In this document: positions 19,213 to 29,300 of the stretch, one piece after another
Numbering within the stretch: the stretch's first letter is position 1
How the letters are laid out: the number at the start of each line of letters is the position of its first letter
IMG/VR virus record: IMGVR_UViG_3300031730_000001
Span: 1-64,000 of that record
Direction: 5' to 3' (one strand)
Source: a virus
Length of the DNA stretch: 64,000 bases
Made by a program: the position numbers and the translations under genes
The notes under the pieces: model-generated
Database searches by the model: none
What the model was told of the DNA's origin: nothing
The model's input: the letters and a program-made list of their open reading frames with translations, nothing else

Positions 19213-19291
19213 CCCGCGGGCCAGTTCCGCAGGCCTCAAGTTTGGCCGCGCGCAAGGCGCGGTCTCTGATCCCGCAATGGGAGTTCCATCC

Positions 19292-20068
19292 ATGAGTACG
19301 ACTCGTACCCGCTGGCTGCCTGCTGCTCAGAGCGTGGGCTGGTTCCGGCTCGACCGTCATGAAGACCCCGACCCCGCCGACCCGGAGCCTGCTCCGGACC
19401 CGGCAGCCGATCCGGCAGATCCGGATCCCGACCCCGAGCCTGATCCGGCAGGCGACCCGCCCGGCCCCGATCCTGAGGACGACCCGGAGGGCGCCGACGA
19501 GCTCGGCGAGGGTGGCAAGCGGGCCCTCGCCGCGATGAAGGCCGAGAAGGCGGCGGCGAAGAAGGAAGCCGCTGCCTCCAAGAAGCAGGCGGCCGAGGAG
19601 CGGCGCAAGGTCGCCGAGCTGGCCCGCAAGGTGGCCGAGTTCGAGGACCGCGATAAGTCGGAGCTGGAGAAGGCGCAGGCGAAGGCCGATCGCTCCGAGA
19701 AGCAGGCGACCGCGGCGGTCGCCCGTTCGGTGCGGTCCGAGATCAAGGTTGCGGCGAGCGACACGTTTGCCGACGCCTCGGACGCCATCGATGTTCTGAT
19801 GCGCGACCCCTCGAAGTACGTCGACGCCGACGGCGAGATCGACACCGACGCGATCGAAGCGGACCTCACGGATCTGCTGGAGCGGAAGCCGCATTGGGCC
19901 AAGCCTGAGCCGGCGGTCGTGGTGCCCGAGGGGGCGCCGAAGCAGAAGCTGAAGCCCGATCCGGGCCAGGGCAGTCGCGGCGGTAGCGCCAAGGTCGACT
20001 ACCGCACCGCCTCTGATGAGGACGTGCAGGCGGAGCTAACGAAGATCGGTTTCCGGAAGCGCTACTAG
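19292..20068 (+). CDS. Capsid scaffolding protein
   Basis: Acidic Pro-rich linker, coiled coil, DKSELEK; N-terminal WFRLDRH. Confidence 0.85.
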   Translation: MSTTRTRWLPAAQSVGWFRLDRHEDPDPADPEPAPDPAADPADPDPDPEPDPAGDPPGPDPEDDPEGADELGEGGKRALAAMKAEKAAAKKEAAASKKQAAEERRKVAELARKVAEFEDRDKSELEKAQAKADRSEKQATAAVARSVRSEIKVAASDTFADASDAIDVLMRDPSKYVDADGEIDTDAIEADLTDLLERKPHWAKPEPAVVVPEGAPKQKLKPDPGQGSRGGSAKVDYRTASDEDVQAELTKIGFRKRY

Positions 20069-20256
20069 TGATCAGGATTCGCGCCCGGTTGGGCGACGGG
20101 CGCACCTCGATCGAGGTGACTGGTCACGACGGGCCTGCCGTAGGGGGTCGCGCTTGCGCTGCCGTGTCGGCCATCACCCAAACCGCGCTGCTGGGCCTGG
20201 ATCAGGTCGCGCAGCAATACCCGGACGACGTGTCCGTAGAAATCACTGAGGAGTGA
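20068..20256 (+). CDS. prp: Prp-family (ribosomal-processing) cysteine protease, minimal
   Basis: IEVTGH...ACAAVSA...LLGL...YPD.V; His/Cys dyad pattern. Confidence 0.8.
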   Translation: MIRIRARLGDGRTSIEVTGHDGPAVGGRACAAVSAITQTALLGLDQVAQQYPDDVSVEITEE

Positions 20257-20259
20257 CGA

Positions 20260-21594
20260 ATGACCCCCACCATGTCCGCGGTCCGCCCGCGGCTCAACCG
20301 CATGCCGCGGCCGTGGTTCCGTATCGACCGGCACGCCGGCGTTCGGTCGTCCCTGCCCGCAGCCCTTCAGGCGATGCTGCAGAACGGCATGCTCGACAGG
20401 GTGTTCCGGGACGCGCTCGTGCCGCAGTTCCTGTTCCCGCAGATCGCCGACAGCGAGCCCTGGATGGGTGGTCTCGGCGACAAGAAGACCTTCACCCGCA
20501 AGGGCCTGCTGGCGCCGGTGACGACTCCGGTGACCGGCTCGGACCCGTCGGCGGCGACCTACAGTCTTGAGCAGTGGTCTGTCGTGATGGACCAGTACTC
20601 GAACTCGATGGACACGAACATGCTGGGCAGCGCGCTGGCGCTGGCGAACAAGTTCCTGTCGGACGCGGCGACGTTGGGCATCAACGCGGGCCAGACCGTC
20701 AACCAGGTGGCCCGGAACCGGCTGTTCACCGCTTACGCGGGCGGTCGTACCTGGTGCACCACGGCCGGTTCCTCGGACACGGCGATCATCGTGCAGTCGA
20801 CGAACGGCTTCGAGACCGTTCTGGTCAACGGTGTTCCGACGCCCGTCTCGGGCGCCACTCCGCTCACTGTCAGCATCGCCGGTTCGGCGAACACGGTCGT
20901 CGGCGTCACCCCGGGCACTCCGGGCACGCTGACGCTGGGCACTGCGCGCGCGGACGTGGTCGGCGACTACGTGGTGGCGGCGAATGCCCCCATCTCGGTG
21001 CGGGCGACCGGCAACTCCGCCTACGACCTCAGCAGCTCCAACGTGGTGACGTTCGCGAACTTCCGGTCGGCGGTGGCGCGCCTGCGGAAGATGAACGTCC
21101 CGACGCTGCCGGGCGGCTACTACGTCGCGCACATCGACGCGGACACCGAAGCCGAACTCTTCTCGGATGCCGACTTCAAGCAGGCCCTTCAGGGCCGTGT
21201 CGACTCCCCGATCTTCCGGGATCTGTCGATCGGCCGGTTCGGCGGCATCGACTGGGTGCGCAACATCGAGGCCCCGACGATCCTCGGCGGCTCCGCTGGC
21301 ACCCTCGCTGTGCACCGCCCGATCGTGCTGGGCGCGAACGCGCTGATGAACTCGCCACTGGAGGGCACGGGCAACCTCATCGCCGGGACCGGCGTCGAGG
21401 ACGTGCCGGAGATCCGCACCATCAACGCCGCGCCCGGCGTAGACGTCACCCTGCTGGTGCGTCCGCCCCAGGACCGCCTGCAGCAGGTCATCTCCACGAC
21501 CTGGTCGTGGGTGGGCGACTTCGGTGTTCCGTCCGACGCGGGCTCCGGCGATGCGGCGCTGTTCAAGCGCGGTGTCGTCATCGAGCACGCCTGA
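20260..21594 (+). CDS. Major capsid protein
   Basis: Size and position after scaffold; N-terminal WFRIDRH; hairpin follows. Confidence 0.9.
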   Translation: MTPTMSAVRPRLNRMPRPWFRIDRHAGVRSSLPAALQAMLQNGMLDRVFRDALVPQFLFPQIADSEPWMGGLGDKKTFTRKGLLAPVTTPVTGSDPSAATYSLEQWSVVMDQYSNSMDTNMLGSALALANKFLSDAATLGINAGQTVNQVARNRLFTAYAGGRTWCTTAGSSDTAIIVQSTNGFETVLVNGVPTPVSGATPLTVSIAGSANTVVGVTPGTPGTLTLGTARADVVGDYVVAANAPISVRATGNSAYDLSSSNVVTFANFRSAVARLRKMNVPTLPGGYYVAHIDADTEAELFSDADFKQALQGRVDSPIFRDLSIGRFGGIDWVRNIEAPTILGGSAGTLAVHRPIVLGANALMNSPLEGTGNLIAGTGVEDVPEIRTINAAPGVDVTLLVRPPQDRLQQVISTTWSWVGDFGVPSDAGSGDAALFKRGVVIEHA

Positions 21595-21663
21595 CCCCGT
21601 CTCCCGTCGGCGCGGGCAACCCTGTCCGCCCGCGCCGACGGGCCTTCACGAAGGAGGATCCAC

Positions 21664-22032
21664 ATGCGCGTGCGCATGCTGAAGGCGGCGAAGGGCTACT
21701 GGAACTACGCCGTGCAGGAGTTCAGGGAGGGCGAGGAGTTTTTCGGCGACCTCGCCCGGCACCTCACCGACAACACGCCGGAGGGCACGGTCGAGGTGCT
21801 GGAGGCTGATCCGGAACCCGAGCCCGAGCCGGAGACGGTCGACGAACCTCCCGAGGTGTCGGACCCGGACGGCGATGAGCCGCCGGTGGACGGCACCATC
21901 GACGACCTCATGGCGTGGGTGAACGACGACCGTGAGCGCGCCGCTGCGGCACTGGCGGCCGAGCAGGCGAAGGACAAGCCGCGCAGCACCGTGGTGAAGC
22001 GGCTGACGGTCCTGGTCGACACCGAGGAGTAG
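21664..22032 (+). CDS. Head-associated small acidic protein
   Basis: GTIDDLMAWV..D.ERA..AL.AE...KPRST. Confidence 0.7.
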   Translation: MRVRMLKAAKGYWNYAVQEFREGEEFFGDLARHLTDNTPEGTVEVLEADPEPEPEPETVDEPPEVSDPDGDEPPVDGTIDDLMAWVNDDRERAAAALAAEQAKDKPRSTVVKRLTVLVDTEE

Positions 22033-22042
22033 GGGGCCAACT

Positions 22043-22672
22043 GTGTCCCCGACCCCTCTGATCACCCAGGACGACCTGGAGGCCGCGCTACAGCGGACGC
22101 TGGACCCGGCGCAGGCGGCGATGGCGATCCGTCGGGCGTCGGCCCGGGTCCGCAAGCACTGCCGCCAGCAGTTCACTCTCGTCGAGAACGACACGATCAC
22201 CCTGCCGGGCAACGGCCGGATCCTGCGACTGCCGCAGCGCCCGGTCGTCGTCGATGACACGCATCCGCTGATGATCGTCGAACTGTTCGGGATCAGTAGC
22301 GAGGAGTACACGGCCCTGGAGGGCCGCGATTTCACCCGGATCGGCACCGAGCTGACCCGCGGCGAACAGTGGTGGGCGCCAACCCGCCTGATGGGCTGGC
22401 CGTGGCTGCGCCCGCAAGGCATCTGGGCCCAACGAGTCCGGGTTACCTACAGCCACGGCTACACCGAGATCCCGGACGACGTCGTCGATGTCGTGCTGGA
22501 TCTCGCACAGATGAACATGACCAACCCGCAGGGCCTGCGGTCGGAGTCGATCGACGACTACAGCCGCACGTTCGCCTCCGAGACCATCGGCGGCGCGCTG
22601 CTGACTGCAGAGCACAAGCAAGCGCTGCGGGAGTACCGCGGCGGCACGTTCTCCGTGGCGCCGGTGACGTGA
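22043..22672 (+). CDS. Head-to-tail adaptor
   Basis: VRVTYSHGY.EIPDD...NPQGLRSESIDDYS. Confidence 0.8.
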   Translation: MSPTPLITQDDLEAALQRTLDPAQAAMAIRRASARVRKHCRQQFTLVENDTITLPGNGRILRLPQRPVVVDDTHPLMIVELFGISSEEYTALEGRDFTRIGTELTRGEQWWAPTRLMGWPWLRPQGIWAQRVRVTYSHGYTEIPDDVVDVVLDLAQMNMTNPQGLRSESIDDYSRTFASETIGGALLTAEHKQALREYRGGTFSVAPVT

Positions 22673-23079
22673 TGACGTCCATCGACATCCAACCGCTGCT
22701 CGCCGCGGGGCGCGCCGCCCACAACCAGCTACTGGTGGACACCTGCACGATCAGCCGGCCCGGCACGCCGACGCTCAACCGCACCACGAGCGTTCTGACT
22801 CCGGGTTCGCCCACAGTCCTGTACTCGGGTGCCTGCCGGTTGAAGCCGCAGCGGGTTCCCCGCAACGAGGAGGCGGGGGAGCGGCTGACGGTGGTGGCCC
22901 GCTACGAGGTGGCTCTGCCGTTCGCTTCGCTGGCCACCGATTCGCTGCAGACCGGCGACACGGTGACGATCACCGCGTCCGGTGACACCCGACTCGTCGG
23001 CGAGGTGTTCGCGGTGATGGCTGTCGACTTCAGCAGCACGGCGACCGCCTGGCGGATCACCGTCGAGGCCGCCACGTGA
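22672..23079 (+). CDS. Head-tail stopper (DUF6093-like)
   Basis: L.DTCTISRP...LYSG.CRL. Confidence 0.8.
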   Translation: MTSIDIQPLLAAGRAAHNQLLVDTCTISRPGTPTLNRTTSVLTPGSPTVLYSGACRLKPQRVPRNEEAGERLTVVARYEVALPFASLATDSLQTGDTVTITASGDTRLVGEVFAVMAVDFSSTATAWRITVEAAT

Positions 23080-23092
23080 CGGGAGGCGGCCG

Positions 23093-23503
23093 ATGACGAC
23101 TCCTGCCGTCCTTCCTCACGTCGATGCGGTCACGGCCGCCCTCGAAACGGCCGGCCTGCTGGTCTACGTCGGCGGCGCGCCTCCGGGCGTCTCTCCGACG
23201 GCCAACACCCCGTATGTGGTGCTCTATCCGGAGCCGGGCCGGGCGATGACCGCGTCGCTCGGCGACAACCGGACTGACTTCTCTGCCGTCGTCCAGCTGA
23301 CGTGTGTGGGATTGACGGCGGCGCAGGCCATGTCGGTGTCCGACCGGGCCATCGCCGCTCTCGCCGTTGTTCTGACGGTCGCCGGGCGCGCATCCTGGAA
23401 ACCGGAGCCCCTCGACGGGCAGCCGGTACAGCGTGACGACGACGTAGTCCCGCCCAACTACTACGCCCCCAGTCGGTACCGGCTTCGCTCAATCCCCCTG
23501 TAG
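23093..23503 (+). CDS. Tail terminator (DUF3168-like)
   Basis: PYVVLY...QLTCVG. Confidence 0.75.
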   Translation: MTTPAVLPHVDAVTAALETAGLLVYVGGAPPGVSPTANTPYVVLYPEPGRAMTASLGDNRTDFSAVVQLTCVGLTAAQAMSVSDRAIAALAVVLTVAGRASWKPEPLDGQPVQRDDDVVPPNYYAPSRYRLRSIPL

Positions 23504-23515
23504 AGGAGTTCCTCC

Positions 23516-23845
23516 ATGGCAACCCTGACCACCCAGGTCATCAACCTGGCCGGCCTCGGCGTGACTTACGGCGCCGCCGCCGCATCAACGAAGATCGTGT
23601 GTGGCGAGCGGACGTTCTTGCACGTCAAGAACACTGCCGGTTCCAGCATGACCGTCACCCTGTCCTCGACCGCGAAGGTGCGCGGCCAGGCCGCGGCGGA
23701 CGTCGTCGTCACGGTCCCTGCGACCACCGGCGACATGATGATCGGCCCCGTCACTCAGGATCTGTTCGCCGGCGTCTCGGACGGTCTCGCCGCGGTCGCC
23801 TACTCGTCGACGACGTCGGTGACCGTCGCCGCTGTGCGCATCTGA
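23516..23845 (+). CDS. Small structural protein
   Basis: FLHVKN...TVT...IGP; RBS GAGGAG. Confidence 0.7.
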   Translation: MATLTTQVINLAGLGVTYGAAAASTKIVCGERTFLHVKNTAGSSMTVTLSSTAKVRGQAAADVVVTVPATTGDMMIGPVTQDLFAGVSDGLAAVAYSSTTSVTVAAVRI

Positions 23846-23870
23846 CTTTCGCCCGCCCCCGTCTTCGTCC

Positions 23871-23896
23871 GCCCCGCCCGCTCGGGGCTTTTTTTG
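23871..23896 (+). terminator. Intrinsic terminator
   Basis: GCCCCG...CGGGGC followed by T7. Confidence 0.7.
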
Positions 23897-23913
23897 TGCC
23901 CTGAGGAGGGTTC

Positions 23914-24393
23914 ATGTCTGACCTGATCAGCGATGGCAACACCAAGGTGAGCTGGGTGGGGTCCATCGCGAACATCAACGCCCCGACCACGACTGAGCTG
24001 AACGGCGGCTCCGACTGGACGCTGCGGATCACCCCGGACGGCCTGAAGACCGACCCGGCAACGGCGGACGTCGACACCAGCTCGCTGGGTTCGACGTTCA
24101 CCACGAACCAGCCGGGGCGTCGCTCGTACACGGTGGAGCTGACGTTCAAGCGCGGCTCGACCACGATCGAGGACCAGCCGTTCACGACGCTGACGTATGG
24201 GGCGTCCGGCTATCTGGTGGTGCGGCGCGGTACGGCGTTCACGACCGCCTACGCCTCTGCGGACAAGGTGGAGGTGTACCCGGTGACGGCGGGTGAGGCG
24301 CAGAACATCGCCCCGGCGGCGAACGAGATCAACAAGTTCATGTCGCCGCTCAAGGTCACGTCGGACCCGGCGACGAGGGCTGTCGTCGCCTGA
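23914..24393 (+). CDS. Major tail protein
   Basis: DG.TKV.WV.SIA...APT..EL...DKVEVYPV. Confidence 0.88.
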   Translation: MSDLISDGNTKVSWVGSIANINAPTTTELNGGSDWTLRITPDGLKTDPATADVDTSSLGSTFTTNQPGRRSYTVELTFKRGSTTIEDQPFTTLTYGASGYLVVRRGTAFTTAYASADKVEVYPVTAGEAQNIAPAANEINKFMSPLKVTSDPATRAVVA

Positions 24394-24869
24394 TGCCGGA
24401 CATTTCGGAGCTCTTGGCAGGGGCGTCGCCGCGCGAGGTCACCGTTCAGGTGTGTCTTGCGGGCGACGCGGGCGCCGAACTTCAGGCGCTGGAAGAGGAG
24501 TTGGGGCAGCTCGGCGAATGGCAGCCGACGTCGCTGGGCGAGGTCAATCCGGCGTTCGAGTTGCAGGAGCGCCTCACGGCGGCCCGGCGGCGGGCGCGGG
24601 ATGCGGCGGTCGAGTTCCGGTTCCGGGCGTTGGGGCATCGCGCCTACAGCAACCTGCTGGCCGCGCATCCGGCGCCGGAGGGTTCGAAGGAGCCGTATGA
24701 CGCGGGCACGTTCCTGCCCGCCGTCCTGGTGGCCTGCTGCGTCGAGCCATCGCTGACTTCGGCGCAGGTGGACCGGCTATTGGACGTCGTCAACGACGGC
24801 ACTGCGCGGACCCTGTTCGCCGCCGCGCTCGCGGTGAACGAGGAGCCCAGCCCGGTCCCTTTCTCGTAG
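24393..24869 (+). CDS. Tail assembly chaperone (gpG-like)
   Basis: After major tail gene; slippery heptamer before stop. Confidence 0.8.
   Translation: MPDISELLAGASPREVTVQVCLAGDAGAELQALEEELGQLGEWQPTSLGEVNPAFELQERLTAARRRARDAAVEFRFRALGHRAYSNLLAAHPAPEGSKEPYDAGTFLPAVLVACCVEPSLTSAQVDRLLDVVNDGTARTLFAAALAVNEEPSPVPFS
24857..24863 (+). other. -1 ribosomal frameshift slippery site C CCT TTC
   Basis: X XXY YYZ in frame; -1 frame open to 25222. Confidence 0.75.
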
Positions 24870-25222
24870 CCCGCCTGCGGGATCACAGGCTCCCGTACCG
24901 GCGGGAGGTGGAGGCGGCGCGGGCGTGGGGCATTCCCCGCAGCATTCTGCTCGGCCGCCCGCAGCCTGCGCCTGGTGAGCCGTTGTGGCTGCCGGAGGAC
25001 CGCTGGTGGGCGATGGCCCTGCTGGAGGCCGAGTCGGGTTTGTGCGGGGACTGTGGGCATTCGCTCGCGGAGTCGACGCATGCCGACAGCGAGTACGCCT
25101 ACGACGCGTCGATCACGAAATGCCATGCCTGCCTGGCGGGTGCGCGGCGGGTGGCAGCGCACCAGGAAGACGGCGGCAAGACCGACGGCTTGAAGGTCTC
25201 GGTGTTCCGGAAGGAGTCGTGA
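24860..25222 (+). CDS. Tail assembly chaperone frameshift extension (gpT-like)
   Basis: -1 frame FLVARLRDH...CGDCGH...CHAC. Confidence 0.75.
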   Translation, partial: FLVARLRDHRLPYRREVEAARAWGIPRSILLGRPQPAPGEPLWLPEDRWWAMALLEAESGLCGDCGHSLAESTHADSEYAYDASITKCHACLAGARRVAAHQEDGGKTDGLKVSVFRKES

Positions 25223-25599
25223 TGGCTGGTGTCGACGTGATCGGCCTCACCGTGGTCGTGGACGACCTTGGGGTCTTCGCGGAGCGGCTGAGGGTGAACG
25301 TCGGGAAGGCCGTGAAGGTGACCTCGCAGAAGGTGCGGGACGACGCCCGGAGCCGGATCCGGGGCCACAAGTATCTGCCCACCTACCCATATTCGATCAC
25401 CTACGACGTCAAGGTCACACCCATAGGCGTGGAGGGCGAGATCGGCCCGGACAAGGGTCTCGCGCAGGGCCCGCTCGGCAACATCATCGAGTACGGCACC
25501 AGCAAGAACGCCCCCATTCCACACCTCGGCCCAGCGCTCGACGCGAATGCCGACGACCTGGTTACCGGCATCGAAATCGCTGTGCATCAGGCCATGTAG
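25222..25599 (+). CDS. HK97 gp10-like neck/tail completion protein
   Basis: EIGP...LGNIIEYGTSKNAP.PHLGPA. Confidence 0.8.
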   Translation: MAGVDVIGLTVVVDDLGVFAERLRVNVGKAVKVTSQKVRDDARSRIRGHKYLPTYPYSITYDVKVTPIGVEGEIGPDKGLAQGPLGNIIEYGTSKNAPIPHLGPALDANADDLVTGIEIAVHQAM

Positions 25600-25626
25600 C
25601 AACTGCACTTGAAGGACAGGGAACCC

Positions 25627-26229
25627 ATGACCACTACCAGCAGGAAGCCGCCCGCACGCCGGGCGGCGAAGCCCGCGCTGACGTTCGCCGCCGTGCGGGC
25701 CAAGATTCAGCGACCCCGGCAGATCGTCGACATGGTGCTGGACGCTGAGGCCGCCGCCGAGATCGGCGCCCTTGAGCAGCTTCTCGAACGGGCGCAGCGG
25801 CACGACGAAGCCAACGGCGCGGAGACTGCGCGGGATGTTGCCAAGCATCTTCAGGAGGTGGAGGAGCAGGCGGAGGCGTCGAGGGTGCGGTTCGCACTGG
25901 AGGCCATCACGCACCGCGCCTACCAGGCGCTGCGGGCCGAGCATCCGCCGACGAAGGAGCAGATCGAGGCGGCGGCAAGGCGGGGCGGTGATGAGGAGCC
26001 GGCCTTCGACCCGGACGCGTTCGCCCCGGCGCTGGTTGAGGCTCAGTTGATCGAGCCGAAGCCGGAGACGAAGGAGGAGTTCGCCGCGTTCTGGGATGAC
26101 CTCTCCGACGGCCAGCTCGGGCAGCTGTGGCAGGCCGCGATCAGCATCCAGTTCCAGACCGGCGAACTTGGTCCGCCGTCACAGGCCGCCGCCGACATCC
26201 TGCGCTCCTTCGGGATGGCCACCGGCTGA
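25627..26229 (+). CDS. Second tail-assembly-chaperone paralog
   Basis: VRF.LEAI.HRAYQALRAEHP...FD.DAFAPALV aligns with 24393 protein. Confidence 0.7.
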   Translation: MTTTSRKPPARRAAKPALTFAAVRAKIQRPRQIVDMVLDAEAAAEIGALEQLLERAQRHDEANGAETARDVAKHLQEVEEQAEASRVRFALEAITHRAYQALRAEHPPTKEQIEAAARRGGDEEPAFDPDAFAPALVEAQLIEPKPETKEEFAAFWDDLSDGQLGQLWQAAISIQFQTGELGPPSQAAADILRSFGMATG

Positions 26230-26300
26230 CCGGCTGAAGTTCACCTCCCGCACCGCGCTCAGCGCGTGCACGTCTCCATAACTGAAGATCGGGGGCTGCC

Positions 26301-29300
26301 GTGGCCGACCGTACTGTGCGCGTCCGCGTCATCGCCGAGATGCCCGGCTTCGGCACCGTCATTCGCACCGGCACCGGCGAACTGATCGCCCTCGGGGAAG
26401 CCTCCCTGGTTGCCGGACGCGGAATCCGGGCGCTCGGCGCCGACGGCGCGGCGGCCCGCGCCGGGCTGACGGCCATGGGTGCGGGTGCGCGCGGCGGCGC
26501 GGCGGGCGTGCGGGAGGGCGAGGCCGCAGCACTGGCTGCCAGCCGTGGCACGCGAGCGATGCGAGACGAGACCGTGCTCGCGCCCGCAGCCTTCGGACGC
26601 ATGGGTACGGCGGCCCGCACCGGCATGGGATCGGTCCGCTCCGGCGTCGAATCCGTCCTCGGCCCCGTCAAACACCTCGGCGCCCTCCTCGCTGGCGGCG
26701 CGATCCTGTTCGGCCTGCACGACATCGTCCACGCAGGCAACGAATACACCGACGCGATGAACAAGTTCCTTGAGGTCACACGCGCCTCAGGGGCACAGAT
26801 GTCGTCGGCAGGCCGCGAAGCCCAGGCCCTCGGCGCCGACATGAAACTGCCGTCGGCGAACGCAGCTGAGGCCGCTGACGCGATGGTCGAGTTGGCCAAG
26901 GCGGGCCTGTCGGCGCAGGACGCCATCCGGGCAGCCCGAGGCACCATCCAGCTCTCCGCCGCCGCTCGAACCGACGTCGCAACCGCGGCGAAGATCGAGG
27001 GCGACATCATGGACCAGTTCGCCCTCAAGTCCACCGAGGCGACCCACGTAGCGGATGTCCTCGCCAACACGTCGAACTCGGCGTCCGGCGAACTCATGGA
27101 CATCTACTATGCGATGAAGTACGTGGGCCCGATCGCCCACACCATGGGCATCTCCATCAAGGACACGGCAACCGCGGTCGGCCTGCTCGGCAAGTCCGGC
27201 ATCATCGGCGAAACCGCCGGTACAGCCCTGCGGTCGGCACTGGTCAACATGGCGAAGCCCACGAAGCTGGCCTCGAAGGGCCTGCACGAACTCGGCATCG
27301 AAGCGTTCGACAGCCAGGGCAACTTCAAGGGCCTGCAGTACGTCATCACGAAGCTGGGCGATGCCTCCCACCACCTGACCACCCAGCAGTTCACCGCCGC
27401 CGCCGCGATGGCGTTCGGCAAGCCCGCCCTTGCGGGCATGGTGGCGCTCGCCCACCAGGGCGGGACTGCGTTCCAGCAGTTCGGTGTCCAGGTGGGCCGT
27501 GTGGGTGGCGCCGCAGCCTTGGCGGCGGCGGAGTCGAAGGGCCTGGGCGGCGCGATGCGCGGCCTGGGCAAGCAGCTCCAATCCGCCTTCTTGCAGGTGT
27601 ACTTGGGTGTCGCCCCCGGCCTGGAGAAGATCACCCGGTCGATGACGAAAGGCGTCTCGGACGCCATCCCCTACATCAAGAGCGGGATCCGTATCGCCGG
27701 AGACCTCTGGGACATCTACGGGCCATCGGTTGAGGCGAAACTCCACTCGGCGTCGAGCGGCATCGGCAAGGCTGCCGCGAGCCTGGCGAACCCGGTGAAG
27801 GCGGCACTCAGTGGGGCGCTCGTCGCCGCCGTGCCGCTGGCCATCACCTCCGTGCAGTCGCTGGAGAAGGTACTTTCCAACGCCGGTGCTGCAGCCGCAC
27901 CGCTCGTCGGCGGCATGCACGACCTGCTCACATCCGTCTCCTCGGGGGCGGGCGCCCTCGGCGTGGCCACAGGACGGCTACAGGTCGGCGTCGGCCTGAT
28001 CGGCGACATGTCCGGCATCCTGCGGCCGATCGGTGCCATCGTCGGCGGCATCGCGCACGCCTTCGCCGGACTGCCGGGCCCGATCCAACTGTCGATCCTC
28101 GCCATGCTCGCCATGCGCCCGTTTCGCGGCCAGATCCAGGGCATGCAGAGCGCGGTCGCCGGCTACGGCCGGTCGGCGGTCGCCTCGTTCAACGGGGTGC
28201 GCGGCGCCATGCAGACGCAGACGATGCTCGCCGCCCGGGCCGGGGTGTCGCTCGGCCGCTGGGGTGCCGGGCTCGCCTCGCTGGAAGCACGCTCCCCGAC
28301 GATCGCCGCAATGGGCAACAGCTTCCGCAGCGCCTCCACCGGCATTCAGGAAGCCGGTGGCCGCCTCGTAGGCTTCCGGTCCGCTGCGGGCGGCGCAATG
28401 GCCGCCATCGGTACCGGTGTCGGGCGCGGGCTCATGGGCGGCATGCGCGGACTGTACGGATTCCTCGGCGGCCCGTGGGGTATCGCCATCGCAGGCGCCA
28501 TGATCGGCTTGGACATGCTGGCCCGCAAGCAGCAGGAGGCTGCCGCTGCCGCCGCCGCGCACCAGCAGCGGATCTCCAGCCTCACCCAGGCGCTGGCAGC
28601 GTCCGCCGGCCTGGCGGACGGCTCGGTTCGTGCTGCCGCCGTACAGACGCTGGCTGACGCGAAGCTGAAGGACGGCAAAACCCAGCTCCTCAACGTGATG
28701 CATGAGGCGGGCGTGGGCACCAGCCAGCTCACAGACGCCTACCTGGGGCAGGGCACGAGCATCGACACGCTTCAGAAGAAGCTCCTTACCGCAGCCAACG
28801 CGAACCGGGAGTGGGTGGCGTCTGGCAAGAACGGCCGCAAGGTGGCGTTCACCGACCAGGGGCAGGCCTACAAGGACGCCGCTGATGCCCTCGGTAGCCT
28901 GTCCGGCGAGTTCGGCACGGCCAAGAAGAAGCAGGCCGACCTGGCCGCCGCAGTGAAGGGCTCGGGCGCTGCCGCGCTCGACGCAACAGACCCGACGGGT
29001 CGGCTACAGACCGCCATCAAGACACTCGGGGACAGCGCCAGCGATGCGGACACGAAGGCGCGCGCGTTGCACACCGCCCTCGACCTGCTCTCGGGCGGCG
29101 AGCTGGATGTTCAGGCGGCGGTCGCCACCATGAACCAGGCGCTCATCGACCTCAACGGCAGCTACAAGGACGGCCTCGACCACGCCAAGGGTTACGGCAA
29201 GGCTCTTCTCCAGGTCGACGGGTCGCTCAACACGACATCGGAGAACGGGCAGAGCCTGTGGACCAAGTTGCAGGCGCTGAACGAGCAGACGGCTGGCGCG

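Noticed and set aside
19365-19500. Short GACCCG/GATCCG tandem-like repeats
   Set aside because: Encode the Asp-Pro linker of the scaffold protein
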